DNA from: Lama guanicoe
Lineage: Eukaryota
Assembly: GCA_013239625.1 (NCBI GenBank)
Contig: MU057352.1
Location: 29,581,277 to 29,645,276 of the forward strand
Length of the DNA stretch: 64,000 nucleotides
Direction: 5' to 3'
Part shown: one piece after another, positions 49,121-61,112 of the stretch
Layout: each line of letters opens with the position of its first letter
Numbering within the stretch: the stretch's first letter is position 1
The notes under the pieces: generated by a model
Seen by the model: the letters and a program-made list of their open reading frames with translations, nothing else
Told to the model about the DNA's origin: nothing
The model's database searches: none
Program-made: the position numbers and the translations under genes

Positions 49121-52100
49121 ACACTTAGCACACTACAATCTGTTACTGTCCCTCTTCCATCGCAGACTGTAAGCTCCTGGAGGATGGAACTGCTGTGTTA
49201 TCAGCCTTCAATACCCCATCTGAAGTTAATAACTGCAAGACTTCCTAGAGAACGTTACCTGAGGTAGCATCACTTCCTTAAGGGTGATGGTGATTTCCTT
49301 TCACTTTTTTCCCTGCTCATTTTTACCCTTCCATCCCTGAAAACAGACGAGCACAGGAATCGAAGGACAGACAAAGCGAAGTATTTTGAAAAGCTTTTAA
49401 GAAATTGCGATCCAAACAGTTTGCCTAATGGAGACCTGGGCATCTGTGAAATCCTGGGTGATGAGCTCATTCTGCCTGGTAACTAAGGAGGCAGCTCCTC
49501 TGCCAGCAGGTCAGAAATTCATCCATATGTTCACCTTCTTCAGTAGCATCTGGGCATTTCTACTTTGAATCCTAGAACATCAGAATCAGAAAGGAGCTTG
49601 GAGAGCATCCGTTTCAGAACCACATTTCATGTTCTGGAAATCTGGATCCAGTAAGGACTTGAGGACGTGCCCAGGACCAGAGAGTGCGTCTGAGCTGGGA
49701 CCAGAAGCCATCGTCCTATGGTTAACAGTCTCTTTCTGCCTAGTTTTAAAGTTCCCAGACTTTATCACTATCCCATTCTCCTCCTCTTGCTAAAAGGAAC
49801 AACATGAAGTAACTAAAAGAAGTGAAAGAGGCCCAATGTTCCTACCTGGGTGTAGGACTTAAATGAGTCCACGATGGTGTTCCTTAAACGGGGTTGTTCT
49901 TTGATGTAAGGAAGGAAACTTCGGTTAAGAAGTTTCCCTCTGCTATTCCTGTCACCTCCCTTCCTTTATTATTTTGGCATCAGAAAATGGGAAAAGGGTG
50001 TTTCAAACAAAAGCTAGAGTTTAACTAGTCATGCGGAGACCTGGGATCCTGGTAACATAGGAGCAAATACAGCTTGCAATAGTGAGAGAGGAAACAAGAA
50101 TTATTAGTGGGCGTTAGCTTGGATAATTATATTTTCAAGATTTAAAACCATCAAAAGTAATCTAACCTTTTCTGTTTTCAATTAGAAATATATTATAATG
50201 GAATACTTTTAATGGAACCCAAATTGTATTCTCAGTGTTGTGGATTAATTTTCTCAGGTTACCTCCATCACTCTATTACTTTTTTTCTGGAGGAGAGGAG
50301 GGTGTTGAAAATAAATTGGTGATTTCAAAAGTCAGCTCTATCTTGATACTTTTTCAGAATTATTTTGCAGATGCTTTGCACCCTGAACAAGACTGGGGAA
50401 GTAGGAGGTGCTGAGTGACACTTCAACGTCTCTCTTCCCTGGCGGTGTTAGCAGCTGGCTGTAAACAATAGCAAAGTCGTTTCAATAAGTAGCCAGATTT
50501 AAAGTACAATTGATTGTTTTTCTTTATTTCTCCCCTCCCCTTTTTCTTCTTTAAAGTTTGCTTTTTTGTCATTGGTACAATCTTTTCTCTTCTTGCTTCT
50601 CTTCCTTCTCCCCTTCTTGCCGGCCTGCCTTGTTCCCTCCTTGTTCACAAATGCATTCCTTTTTAGTTCCCTTGCATTTTAAGCATCTTGCTTTATTACC
50701 TTTCCTTTTCAGTGTTAAGGTTTGTAGGATTATGTTTATAATTCTTAACTTATACTTCTTTATCCTCTTCTCTCTCATTGTCTTCCCCCACAGGGAGCCC
50801 CTATAACTCTGGTCTTTCCCTATGCCTTGAGGTAAAAGACTCAATCAGAAGGTAAAACTTTTTACCTAAGAGAAAAAAGCCCTTCCCACATCCCATTCCA
50901 CATTATTTTTCTCTTTTCTCTCCCGTCCTCTTCCTCCTCTTCCTTCTTCCAATCTCCCTCCTCCTTTTCCTCTTTCCACGGACACACAGGCACACAGACG
51001 CATTTCATACGGGATGAAAGGGTGATGGCTTGGCCATTTTTTCAGAGAATTATTCCAATATATTGTGAACTTCAACGGACTTCCTCTGAGTCATTTTAAT
51101 TCTGAAATAGCTCTCTTCTTCCCTCCAGCTCTTCACCTTCCTTAGCATTTCTTAATTTCATGGCTAGGTCTTGCCCTTGATTGAAAATGACAGTTTTGGA
51201 AAGTTAGAGATGAGAACCGTGGCTGTGTTTGCAATGATTGAATCTATATTAAAAAAAAAAAAACTGCACATGGGCTGGAGGCCCAGCTCTGCCCAGAGAT
51301 GGAGTCATAGAACCATTTTCCTTGCAGAGTTATCTTTTGTGCATCGAGTTCATGTCTAATTTTCTGGAGTGCTGAGTCTCAGGATTGAAAAGAATGCTTG
51401 TGTCTCCCTGACCAAATACATTAGAGCTGCAGAATGCAAGACTTCAGACACCGCGGATGCTGAGACTAACATTCGAAGATGAGGAGGGACAAAGTAATAC
51501 TAATAGGGAGTAACAGCCAAGGGACACTTGCTCCACAGAACTGTGAGACGTTTCAGCGACAAAACCAAAGACCACAGGGCAACACCCAGACGCTGGGCTT
51601 GTGCTTGGAGATCCTTTTTCTCCCGCAAGAGACAAAAGATGAAAAAATAATTGAAGACAGCGTAACTCACTTTAAACTCTTTTTGACTCATTTTGTAAGA
51701 CATTTATGAAGCCACGAGAAACACAGCCGTGTGTGGGTGACAGGGACCTGTAAGGAGCCGCATTTCCCGTTCTCGCTGCTCTCTCCACGTGGCCGGGGAG
51801 CGTGGCCGGTGCAGATTTACCAACAGTCCCCTGAAGTCCATGCTGTGAGAGTGGAAGGTTCTCCAGAAATAGTAGGGGAGAGAGGAGGCAGTCTGAACTC
51901 GAAGTGGGAAAACCAGGAAGAATTTCTCAGAAGCGATAATCCTGCCTTCCAAGCATCTCCCAGTCCCCACCCTCCCTTCCCCTCCTCACTGCATTTGGTT
52001 ACTTTAAATACGCAGTTTTCAGCCCTTACCTCTGCAGGAGCTGGTCTCCCTGATAAGGAACCTCTCCCCTTGCAGTCTGTTATTCAAACGTGCAGAGGCA

Positions 52101-52254
52101 TGATCTTACTAAAAAGAGAAAATCTGGTTATCCAGCTCCTGGTTTAAAAACCCTTCAGCATGTAGCTTCGTGAAGGCTTTCTTCCACACCCCTCAAGGCT
52201 GCGGTGGTCATGCTGCTGTCCTTGGAAACATGTGACATCCTGCTTCATTGGTGA

Positions 52255-52330
52255 GCTTTTACTGTGTAACAAATAACACCCAAAACTAGTTCTTAAAAGA
52301 GGATTTTTTAAATTTAGCTCAAGATACTGT
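52255..52330 (-). mobile_element. MLT1 LTR terminal fragment
   Basis: actgtgtaacaaataacacccaaaactagttcttaaaa...tttagctcaagatactgtg. Confidence 0.6.
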
Positions 52331-52332
52331 GT

Positions 52333-52443
52333 GTTGTTTAGGCTGTTTCCTTGTCTTGGCTATTGTAAATACCGCTGCTATGAACACTGGGGTGCATGTA
52401 TCTTTTCAAATTAAAGTGCCCTCTGGATACACGCCCAGGAGTG
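52333..52443 (-). mobile_element. L1 ORF2 C-terminal fragment, antisense
   Basis: ttaggctgtttccttgtcttggctattgtaaata..gctgctatgaacactggggtgcatgtatcttttcaaatt...cccaggagtg. Confidence 0.9.
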
Positions 52444-52607
52444 CCCCAGGAACTATAGGCAATACCTTGTAGTGATCTGCAATGAAAAAGAATATGAAAA
52501 TGAATATATGCATGCATACATAGGACTGAGCTATTAAGCTGTACACCAGAAACTGACGCAACATTGTAAACTGACTATACTTCAGTAAAACATCAAATTT
52601 TTAAAAA
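52444..52607 (+). mobile_element. Lineage-specific L1 3' end, abutting the antisense fragment
   Basis: caggaactata...aatgaaaaagaatatgaaaatgaatatatg...gctgtacaccagaaactgac..aacattgtaaactgactatacttca. Confidence 0.9.
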
Positions 52608-53409
52608 TGCACTTGCAAAAAGAATCTTTAAGAGGCGGGCAGCTTAGAATATTTAACTGAAGAGTGACTGCCTGCACACATAGGACGTGAAACAGGGCTA
52701 ACCCATCCTTTCTATGAGGGAACAGTGTGGACGCTTGAGAATACAGGTTCTGTGCATTTTTAGGCTTTCTAACGTAATTTAATGTAATTTAATTTTTATT
52801 GAAGTACAGTCAGTCACAATGTGTGATGTAAGTGTGCACCCTTGACTCCCAGTCCCCAGATACCAAAGCACTAATGGGGAGAACGGGTCCTGTCCGGGGA
52901 GAATGGTAATCTGAGCCCTGTTTCTGCGTGGCCTTTCCTGCTGCCTGAAACAGCTCTCATTATTTATGCAGCTGCGTGCTGTCTGTTGCCCTGCTAGGAC
53001 TTCAGCTCCACAGAGGAAGTGCCTTGTCTGCCTTGCTCATCACCAGCAGCCAGCCCAGTGCATAAGTATACAATTAATACACACTGGATTGATTTTAAAA
53101 AGTGATTCTTTTAAGCTGCTGCAGTCACAGCCCTGCAACCTTCTGCCCCCCCAGACGCCCCCCACACTTTCCTTAATCGTCCAGGTCCTCCCCATGCCTT
53201 GCTCTTCCCAGCTAAGGTGCTGTTTTCTTCGTGGAACTTTCCCTAATTGTCCAAGGAAAGGAAAAAGTAACAGCCCTCCCCTTTTGCTCCCGCAGCTTTA
53301 GTCTGTTTGAATGTTCGCCCGTCTCTTTCTTTTTCCATTATCTGAATCAGTGAGGGTGCTTCGCCCACAGTCTATTTCTTTGAGTGAGAGGAGGGAGTGG
53401 AGTAATACT

Positions 53410-53610
53410 TACTAATGTTGGCTAGGAGCCCATCATTTTAGACCTACATCACCTGCTTTAAATTCAGGACTTCAGAGGTCGTTTTTTCCCATTTCACAGA
53501 TGAAGACATTCAAGTTCAGTGAGATTAAGTAAATGTCTTAGGCTCACATACATCATAGGCGGCAAAGTCGGGAATAAATCAAGGTCTGACGTCAAAGCAA
53601 AAGTCTCCTC
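53410..53610 (-). mobile_element. MIR SINE
   Basis: cccatttcacagatgaagaca...agtgagattaagtaaatgtcttaggctcaca...aggtctgac. Confidence 0.75.
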
Positions 53611-54772
53611 TTGCTGTATTCTTCTTTGTTTCTTGTTGCCGGGTCTACTCCAGAATGACATATTTAATTGAAGGGAAGGGATGGGACAGGACGGGCTGGG
53701 CTGGAAGACAAGGCTGTTCGGAAGACCGCGTCTATTTCTCAGTGTGATCTGGGAGCCCTCTGGCGTGTCCTTATTCACTGTGTCTGATTCCCTTCCTGAG
53801 ACTCTTACGTCCTCACAGAGTGAAGAAAGGAGCCCCAGGTGCTGGGGAGCAGCGCCCCCTTCTGATCAGAACGATGATCTCGCATATCCCTGAACTGGGA
53901 AGCTCACTGTTCTTCGGCATTTGGTTTAATGGTCAGAGCAAATGGAATGTGACTGTTGGATGATACTGAAAATTAGGTTTATTTGGAGATGAGCTCATCT
54001 CAAATTGCTAAAACTGTCATCTCAGGTTGCAAATATTCCATTCATGCTTGAAAAGAAAAGAAAAATGCAGCCTCTTCCCGCCCCCAGTGATCTATAACAG
54101 AAAACTTGAAAACCCACTAAATTAGAATCACATTGTTCTCGCTGGCACTTAGCCAGAGCCTCACAATATTCAAGGCAATCATTGCATTTCAACAGCTCAG
54201 GGAAAATATGGTTTGTTTGGTTTTTTTTTAGTTTAAAAAAGTTGGATTAGAACTTCACATTTGAAATAATTCCAGGACTAGCCAAATTCAATAAACCAGG
54301 TTGTTGGAAGGTGCCTCCCGTGGACGCACTGAAGCATGCTTCCACGTGACGTCCCTTCTACCCTTTGGACAACAAATGGTAATAGCATCAGGACCCTTTG
54401 TCCTGGTCCCCACTCTGGCATGGGTTTAATGACAGCCGCTGGGGAAGTTGCTTAATTTCTCTTAGACTCCCATTTCCTGCACTGTAGAAGTCAGGACTCG
54501 TTACATATTTCAGAAAAATGAGAAATATTATGGTGGCTGAAAATGGATAAAGGCATTACTAAGGAAGACCCAGTCATTCTTCTGAGGGAGTTTGTACAAG
54601 CTTAATGCCCTGGATCTCAATTTCTTCACTGGTAAAATGAGAAGAATAAGGCTTTTGTCACAGGGATGTTTGTGGGAAGTAAATGGGATAATACATATGA
54701 AATTACCAAGAACCTGGCTAAAGAGTCATCAAGATGCGCAGCTGCGGGGTTGATAACAGTGGGTCAGAATTT

Positions 54773-54980
54773 AGGGGTCAGCAAACCACAGTCTGCTGAT
54801 CGGACCTGTTTTGGTAAATACATTTCATTGGATTGAATTCATGTCCATGTATTTGCACAGTGTCTATTGCAAAGGCAGAGCTGTGTAGGTAGTTGCTTTA
54901 GAAACCACACAATCGTTAAAACAAACAAACAAAAAAATTGCTGTCTGGCCCTTTAGAGAAAAATTTGCCAGTTTGGACTC
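54773..54980 (+). mobile_element. MER58A-like hAT-Charlie MITE
   Basis: ggggtcagcaaaccacag...cctgttttggtaaata...gcagagctg...tctggccctttagagaaaaatttgcc. Confidence 0.85.
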
Positions 54981-55079
54981 GATAATCACAAAGGACCTTC
55001 CCAGCTCTGCCTTTAGTGAGAATTCTCCCCTCTGGTTTCTTTCTTTCTGTCTTTGTGAGACTTTTCTCCTCCCTCCTGC

Positions 55080-55250
55080 NNNNNNNNNNNNNNNNNNNNN
55101 NNNNNNNNNNNNNNNNNNNNNNNNNNNNNNNNNNNNNNNNNNNNNNNNNNNNNNNNNNNNNNNNNNNNNNNNNNNNNNNNNNNNNNNNNNNNNNNNNNNN
55201 NNNNNNNNNNNNNNNNNNNNNNNNNNNNNNNNNNNNNNNNNNNNNNNNNN
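55080..55250. other. Assembly gap (171 N)
   Basis: Run of N. Confidence 1.
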
Positions 55251-56792
55251 CCTCTGTAATGAGGAGAAGGCTGCGGAAATGCACTGAGCCTTTGTGGAGA
55301 GGAACGGTGTGGCCCTTCCTCCTGGTAGGTGGGCCAGCACCCACAGCTTGAGTCAGCGGCTGGGACTGGAGAGCATCCTGTCGCCGTCTGGGCATGAGAC
55401 AGCCCGCACGTGGTTGTGAGAGGCAGGCGTCTCTTCGGCGCTGCGGAGGATTTGTACTCGGGGTCACGCTTCTCCCACTTTTTAAACACGTTTTGTTCGC
55501 ATCGTTCTTTTACACTAGACTAAGGGCTTCCCGAGGGCAGGGGCTGGCTGCTTTGTTCTTGGGATCATGTATGTGGCCATAGTGCCTGGCATTTTGGCTC
55601 AGTAAATGTTTATCGAACTGAGTATTTTTCTTCAGAATTGTGTGTTTCCTGTTACTTCCACACCACGTCATTCTGGTGGATTCCGTGGTGGGACTTAGTC
55701 TTTGTGTGCCTAGAGGAAGACAGTTCATACAAAATGGGAGCTGACCCTTTTAGTCCATAGAGCCCATACAGTGATGAATGAAGAAAGAGCAGCTAACGAC
55801 ATGCCTTTTACAGTTTGGATGATTTGAGGGGCTTTTGCTTTTAAATTAGGAAAACAGTGCACACCCCTCCCTCCAGGCCCCCTGCTTGAGGCCGTGGTCA
55901 GTGAGGAAGACGCTTGGTCACAGCTGGGCCATAAACTAACCTCCACCCTTTACCCAAGTGCGACCAAGTCCACCTGAGAGACACAAGATACATTTCCATG
56001 ACTCGCTCATCAGTTCAAAGTGGGTCCAATTAAAGCCTCATTTGCAGGAAACTCTGATTAGTTTCCTGCAAATTGGAGGAAATGCTATTCCAATCAAATG
56101 CATGATTTCTCTTCCCTTACACGCCAAGTTTCCTGGTGTTATGTGACATTTAGCAGTTGGCATAACCCTGAAAATTATACTTTTGGGGAAGAAATGTTTG
56201 CATTAGGAGGGAAATTCTAGTGAGTGCTGGCTCTGATAGACCTTACTTTTTTCCGTCCAGCCTCTCTCAACCTTAACGTCATTACACTTGCAAATTTTGA
56301 TGTCAAATCAACCATTTTCTGTCTAATGATTGTATGATATGAATGTGGGCAACACTGGGTTCCATTTAGAATACGTAGCTGACATATATTTTCCAAAGGG
56401 CTTTACCAAAATTATGCCATTTAACCCTCGAAATAACTCCGAGGGGTATATGACGTTGCCATAGTTTACAATTTAAAATAACAGGAACAGCAGCAACAAA
56501 GTGGAAGTGTAAACTGATCCTTTAAATCGTTCAAAGCGGCATCGTGATTCAGTAGGGAAGCTCAGATTCGTAAAACGGTCCGTGGTGGTAGTTACTAAGC
56601 AGCGTGGGTTTTCAGGACAGTCGGGGTGAAGCAGCGGGGCAGGGCGGCGGGCAGTCGGGGCACCAGTGCTGGCATCACTACAGCGACCCAGCGCTCGTAG
56701 GCTGGGTGTTGGGGCAAATGCAGAAATTGGAGAGGACTGGTCAGCTGACCTTGTCTTCTTAGCCATTCCAAATCTGAGAGATCCTTTAGGGA

Positions 56793-57060
56793 AGGAGTTG
56801 GCAAACTATGTTTACTAACTTTGTAAGGGGTTGGGGAAAAAAAGTCAAAAGAGTATATTTTGTAGTATATGACAATTATACGGAATTTAAATTTTGCTGC
56901 CCATAAACAAAATTGTATTGGAGCACAGCAACACGGTAATTCTGGCATCTGTGGCCATATTTGCATTACAACAGCAGAGCTGAGCAGTTACAACAGAGAT
57001 CAGAGGGGTAGCAAAAGCTAGAATATTTACTATCTGTCCTTGCAGTTCCTCGTCCCCAGT
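56793..57060 (+). mobile_element. MER58-like MITE
   Basis: ggagttggcaaacta at the start; tattggagcacagc...tacaacagcagagctgagcagttacaacagaga...aatatttactatctgtcctt. Confidence 0.8.
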
Positions 57061-57231
57061 TCTGGGGCACAGCCCAGTTGTCATCTCTGCAGGGAGCCTT
57101 GCCTGGTTTTTCTGCTCTGACATGAGAATGAAGAGCATGAGCAATGTCTACTCTGCAGTGTGTAATTTCACACTCCCTGTTAGTGTATTTAATTCCAAGT
57201 AGCCCAGTTTGATGCCCGAAGCCCTCTGTAA

Positions 57232-57385
57232 CAGTCCTACCCAACAGAACTTCCTGTGACAATGGCATTTGTTTTATACCTGTGCTGTCAAATACATGAC
57301 CAGATGTGGCTACTGAATCACTGAAACGTGGCAGGTGCAACTGAGGAACTTAATTTTGAAATTCAGATTAATTTAACTGTGAACG
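57232..57385. mobile_element. MER3-like hAT-Charlie MITE
   Basis: ccaacagaacttcctgtgacaatgg...tgtgctgtcaaatac...atgtggctactgaatcactgaaacgtggcaggtgcaactgaggaacttaatttt. Confidence 0.85.
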
Positions 57386-59156
57386 TGAGCTCTCACGCTG
57401 GAAAGTGAAGCCCTAGAGATTCTCTGCTGAGTCTTCACGCAGCCTCACCTTGAGTGGTTCAGGGCCGGGGAACCCAAGCCCTCCCGAGCCTTCCATTTCG
57501 CCTCTGGGCAGCTCATGCTGTCTGGGAGCTCTTTCATGGAGAAAGGTTTCCCAATAACATTCACATCCTGTTTTCACGTCTGTCACTTGCGAGGGGTGGG
57601 CTAATTTCCCTGACACTGTCAATCCTTCAAATCCCTGAAGTCAGCGAGAGGACGTACCAACCCCTTTAAGCACACTCTGGGAGGCATCTGTATCCTCCAA
57701 GTCTGGGCTGGAAGCGAAGAAGATGTGAGTGTACCCGGCAGACCGCAGACTATTCCAGCATCACCTCCTGGGTGTTTCCTGTCCGGCATGGAAACTCCTT
57801 TCTAAGTAGGCGTTTGCGTTGTAGTGGGTAGTAGGGACCGCACCATGGAAGACCACATCTTCCTTCTCCCCGCCTGCTTGAAACAAAGGCTCAGACATGG
57901 CTAAGCTTCTGTCAATTAACTGCCCCCACCCTCTACTTTTAATTTGGAAAGAAAGAGACAAGTGAAATAAAGAATAAGAGCTGATTCATGGCAGAGTGGC
58001 ACCGTCCAAGGACAGCAATGTGCTAATCACACGGCCCCTGGGTTTGAACCTCCCCCTTGCTATGCTCTTGGTCTCCCCAACACATAGCTGTGGCCCGCTG
58101 TGCAAGCCTGCTTCTCCAGGCGTGCCTTTGCTTCTCTACAATGTACTTCCAGAAACGTCTCTTCTCTTTAAGCTAGCCAAGTGGGTTTTTGTCCTTTACA
58201 GTGAAAACCCCAGGTTGGTGTGGCTAGAGAAGCCATTTCTGTGGAATGACAGCTGGTTTTGAGGTTACTAGCCGACGTCCAGTGAACAGGAGGGACCTGG
58301 GGGGAGGGGGCTGGTCTGGGTTGAGCTCAGTCATGGGCAGTGAAGCAGCAGTCGGGACCGACCCTGGGACGGGGTGCAGCCATGTTTGCAGAGGCCTCAG
58401 CTGGCCCAGCAAGGAGAAGCATGACATGGGAACGCAGGCGCACGATGGTCGTTTCCGTCACAGCGTTGAGGCCTGGTGCTGGCGGGGGGGAGAGGAAGGG
58501 ATGGGACCGCAGTAACGCCTAACAGTGAGACTTGCAGAGAAAGCCGTTTTCTCTTTTCTGTCTTGGCTTTCAGAAATTCCAGAATTAAATTTAAAGCTCT
58601 GAAAGACAGAAACTATCTAAAACTACATAACAGGGGATTTGACTTACTTATTCCCAGTCTCTTGATATTGTTTCAGACCTTATATTTAGGTTGTAAGGGA
58701 TTTCGTACGTCTTTCTGAATTTCAGTTGTCGCTAATACTTGTTTTGAATGTGGACGAGGTACAAATCTAAAAGAAATGTTTCATCTATATTCAAAAGGAC
58801 AGTCCTTTCTGAACACGCACGATAGTCAGGTGTGGGGAGCAGAGATGTGGCCTCCTTCCAGGAGAAGCACACACTGCAGTTCAGGGAGTGATCCGTGTAA
58901 ACAGCTCACCTCCAAAGGCTTTGGGGTTCAAGGCCAATGGTCCAGGCTACTGAGACAGGGAGCAGAGAGCAGCAAGGATGGACGTGAGGGGGATCAGGGC
59001 CTGGTTGGCAGAGATTGCTTTGCATTTGGAGAGTCCGGGTTGGGGCTGGTTGCCCTGGAGACGATCACGGTTTGCATAAGGATGCCAAAGGGCTTCTGTG
59101 GGAGCCAAACAAGAAAGTTCATCATGAGACTGGAGAAAGCGTTTCAGGAGAGATAG

Positions 59157-59307
59157 CAAGAACTATATTCAATATCTTGTAATAACCTCTATTGAGAAGT
59201 ATTATGAAAAGGAATATATATATGTGTATGTATAGCTGAATCACTGTGCTGTACACAGGAAACTAACACAACATTGTAAATCAACTATACTTCAATTTAA
59301 AAAAAAC
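59157..59307 (+). mobile_element. Cetartiodactyl-type L1 3' end with A-tail
   Basis: aactatattcaatatcttgtaataacc...ctgaatcactgtgctgtacacaggaaactaacacaacattgtaaatcaactatacttcaat. Confidence 0.9.
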
Positions 59308-59699
59308 AAGTGACCACATTAGTTTGAGTAGTGTAAACTGACTATACTTTAGGAAAAAAAAATGCAGAAAGTTAAAAAAAAAAGTTCTCATAGAGCAGGT
59401 GTCGGAAGACAACGGCTGAGTTTCACAACTAAGGAAGACATTCAGAGAACGTGCTGGGTTTCCCGTGCAGATGTTGGTCCTGGCCCGAGGCCCTGCCCTG
59501 GAGGGCTCTGAGATTATTGATAAGTAACAGAAGCTGAAAGCATGCAGAGAATAATCCCCTCTCCAAGCCACAGTTAAGTCAAGTGCTGGCCGGACACTTA
59601 GAATCATAGATTGAGTCAGTAGATATTAAAAACCCAGTAAGAATTGGCCAGAATAAGGCTACCTCTTAACTGAGAAGTCGGGTTCCTCCGGCTGGGGTG

Positions 59700-59925
59700 C
59701 ACATTGCTTGGATTCTGGAGTCAGACAGATCCTAGTTCAAGGGCATGTTCTGTGTGACCTTGGGCTAGTCTCTGAACCTCTTTAGAACCTCGGTTTTACC
59801 GTGTCATTTCTAACACTTAAGGTAATGATACTTACCATGTGGAATTGTACTGTGGGTGCTAAATGAGACAGACAGTGAACTTAAAATCCCTGGCATGTCG
59901 AAGGCTCTCAACAAATGACAGTGGC
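59700..59925 (+). mobile_element. MIR SINE
   Basis: tctggagtcagacagatcctagttcaa...tgtgtgaccttgggctagtctctgaacctct...taaatgaga...cctggcatg. Confidence 0.85.
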
Positions 59926-60883
59926 AGTTCACCTCCCAGGGCCCCTGTGCCTCCAGGCATGATTCCTTTGCTCATGTTTCTGCTGCTTGGAACACACATC
60001 CATCCAACAAGCTCCGCAAATCCAGGTCCCATCCATTAAGCCCAAAGTCACATGTCTGCAGTTCCATGTGTCCCTCCTGAACTTTCTCATCGGAGTGACA
60101 ATCCATGACTGCTGTCTTACCATTTGGGGGACTTAGCTGCCTGCCTCTTCCCCAGGATTTTGATCCCCTTATGTGTTCTCTCACTTTGTGGCAGAGGCTG
60201 GTATTTGATGCCTTCTAAAACCATTAGTGACTTACTCTTCAGGTGGGAAAAAGGGAGGATGGGGAGGAGGGGGACGTGAGGGAGAACCAGGAGGCAGCTT
60301 TGGGGAATGCAGCAGGCCATCCAGTATTCCAAGGAGGGAGGGGGAAGGCACGTGCTCTCAAAATAGGAGGAAGTTCGGGGTAATTAGAGGAGAAAAAATA
60401 GAATAAAGTCGCTGTTGACATTTGGCTATTTTGAGAAATATAAAGCTAATTTATGGTGATTGCTTCCAGAAGGATGCGGAGGCCTTGATTGTTTCAATAA
60501 CAGATCTACAAACATCATGAGCATGAGCCGTGGGCAGGATACATGGCTGGGCCGGACAGAATGGTGAGAAAGGAAACGGGAGTTGAGCGCCTTCCGTGTA
60601 CCAAGCACATGATCACTTTTAAGCCTCAGAAAATCTTGTAGGGGAGATACAACTGTCAGTGCTCGGCAGGGATACAAAGATGTTCAAGAGGAAATGAGTG
60701 CAACAAAATATACAGCTGTGAAGGCTGACTCTGCAGAGATCAAATAGACACATTCGGGGGGCAGCTGCCCTTCAGGCAGGGGGTCTGTGTGTGGGCTGGG
60801 GGGAGACATGTCGAGAGCAGCAGGTAGGCGCTAGCTGGCATGGGGGTCTATGAATCGTGCCATCAGTCATCTGGCCTTAAACT

Positions 60884-61112
60884 GCAGACAGAGGCAGAGG
60901 TTGGAGTGAGGCTGTCACAAGCCAAGGGGCGCCAGGAGCCACCGGCAGCTGGGAGAGGTGTGGAAAGAGGATCCCCAAGAGCTCTGGCGGGAGCGTGGTC
61001 ATACCAACACCTTAGTTTCAGACTTCTGGCCTCTAGCCCTGTGGCAGAATGAATTCCTGTAGTCTCAGACCACCAAGTGTGTAGTGATTTTTTTCTGGCA
61101 GGAAACGAATAC
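60884..61112 (+). mobile_element. MaLR LTR 3' half (MLT1C/D-like)
   Basis: gacagaggcagaggttggagtgaggctgtcacaagccaagg...caacaccttagtttcagacttctggcctc...ccaccaagtgtgtagtgattt...ggaaacgaatac. Confidence 0.9.

Noticed and set aside
48489-49121. Longest ORF in the track (210 aa, ATG start)
   Set aside because: Its second half is read through an MLT1 LTR, and there is no recognisable domain or promoter/splice support; most likely a chance ORF.
54864-55489. Several long ORFs in multiple frames
   Set aside because: Artefacts of translating through the N-gap; the same applies at 7383-7689.
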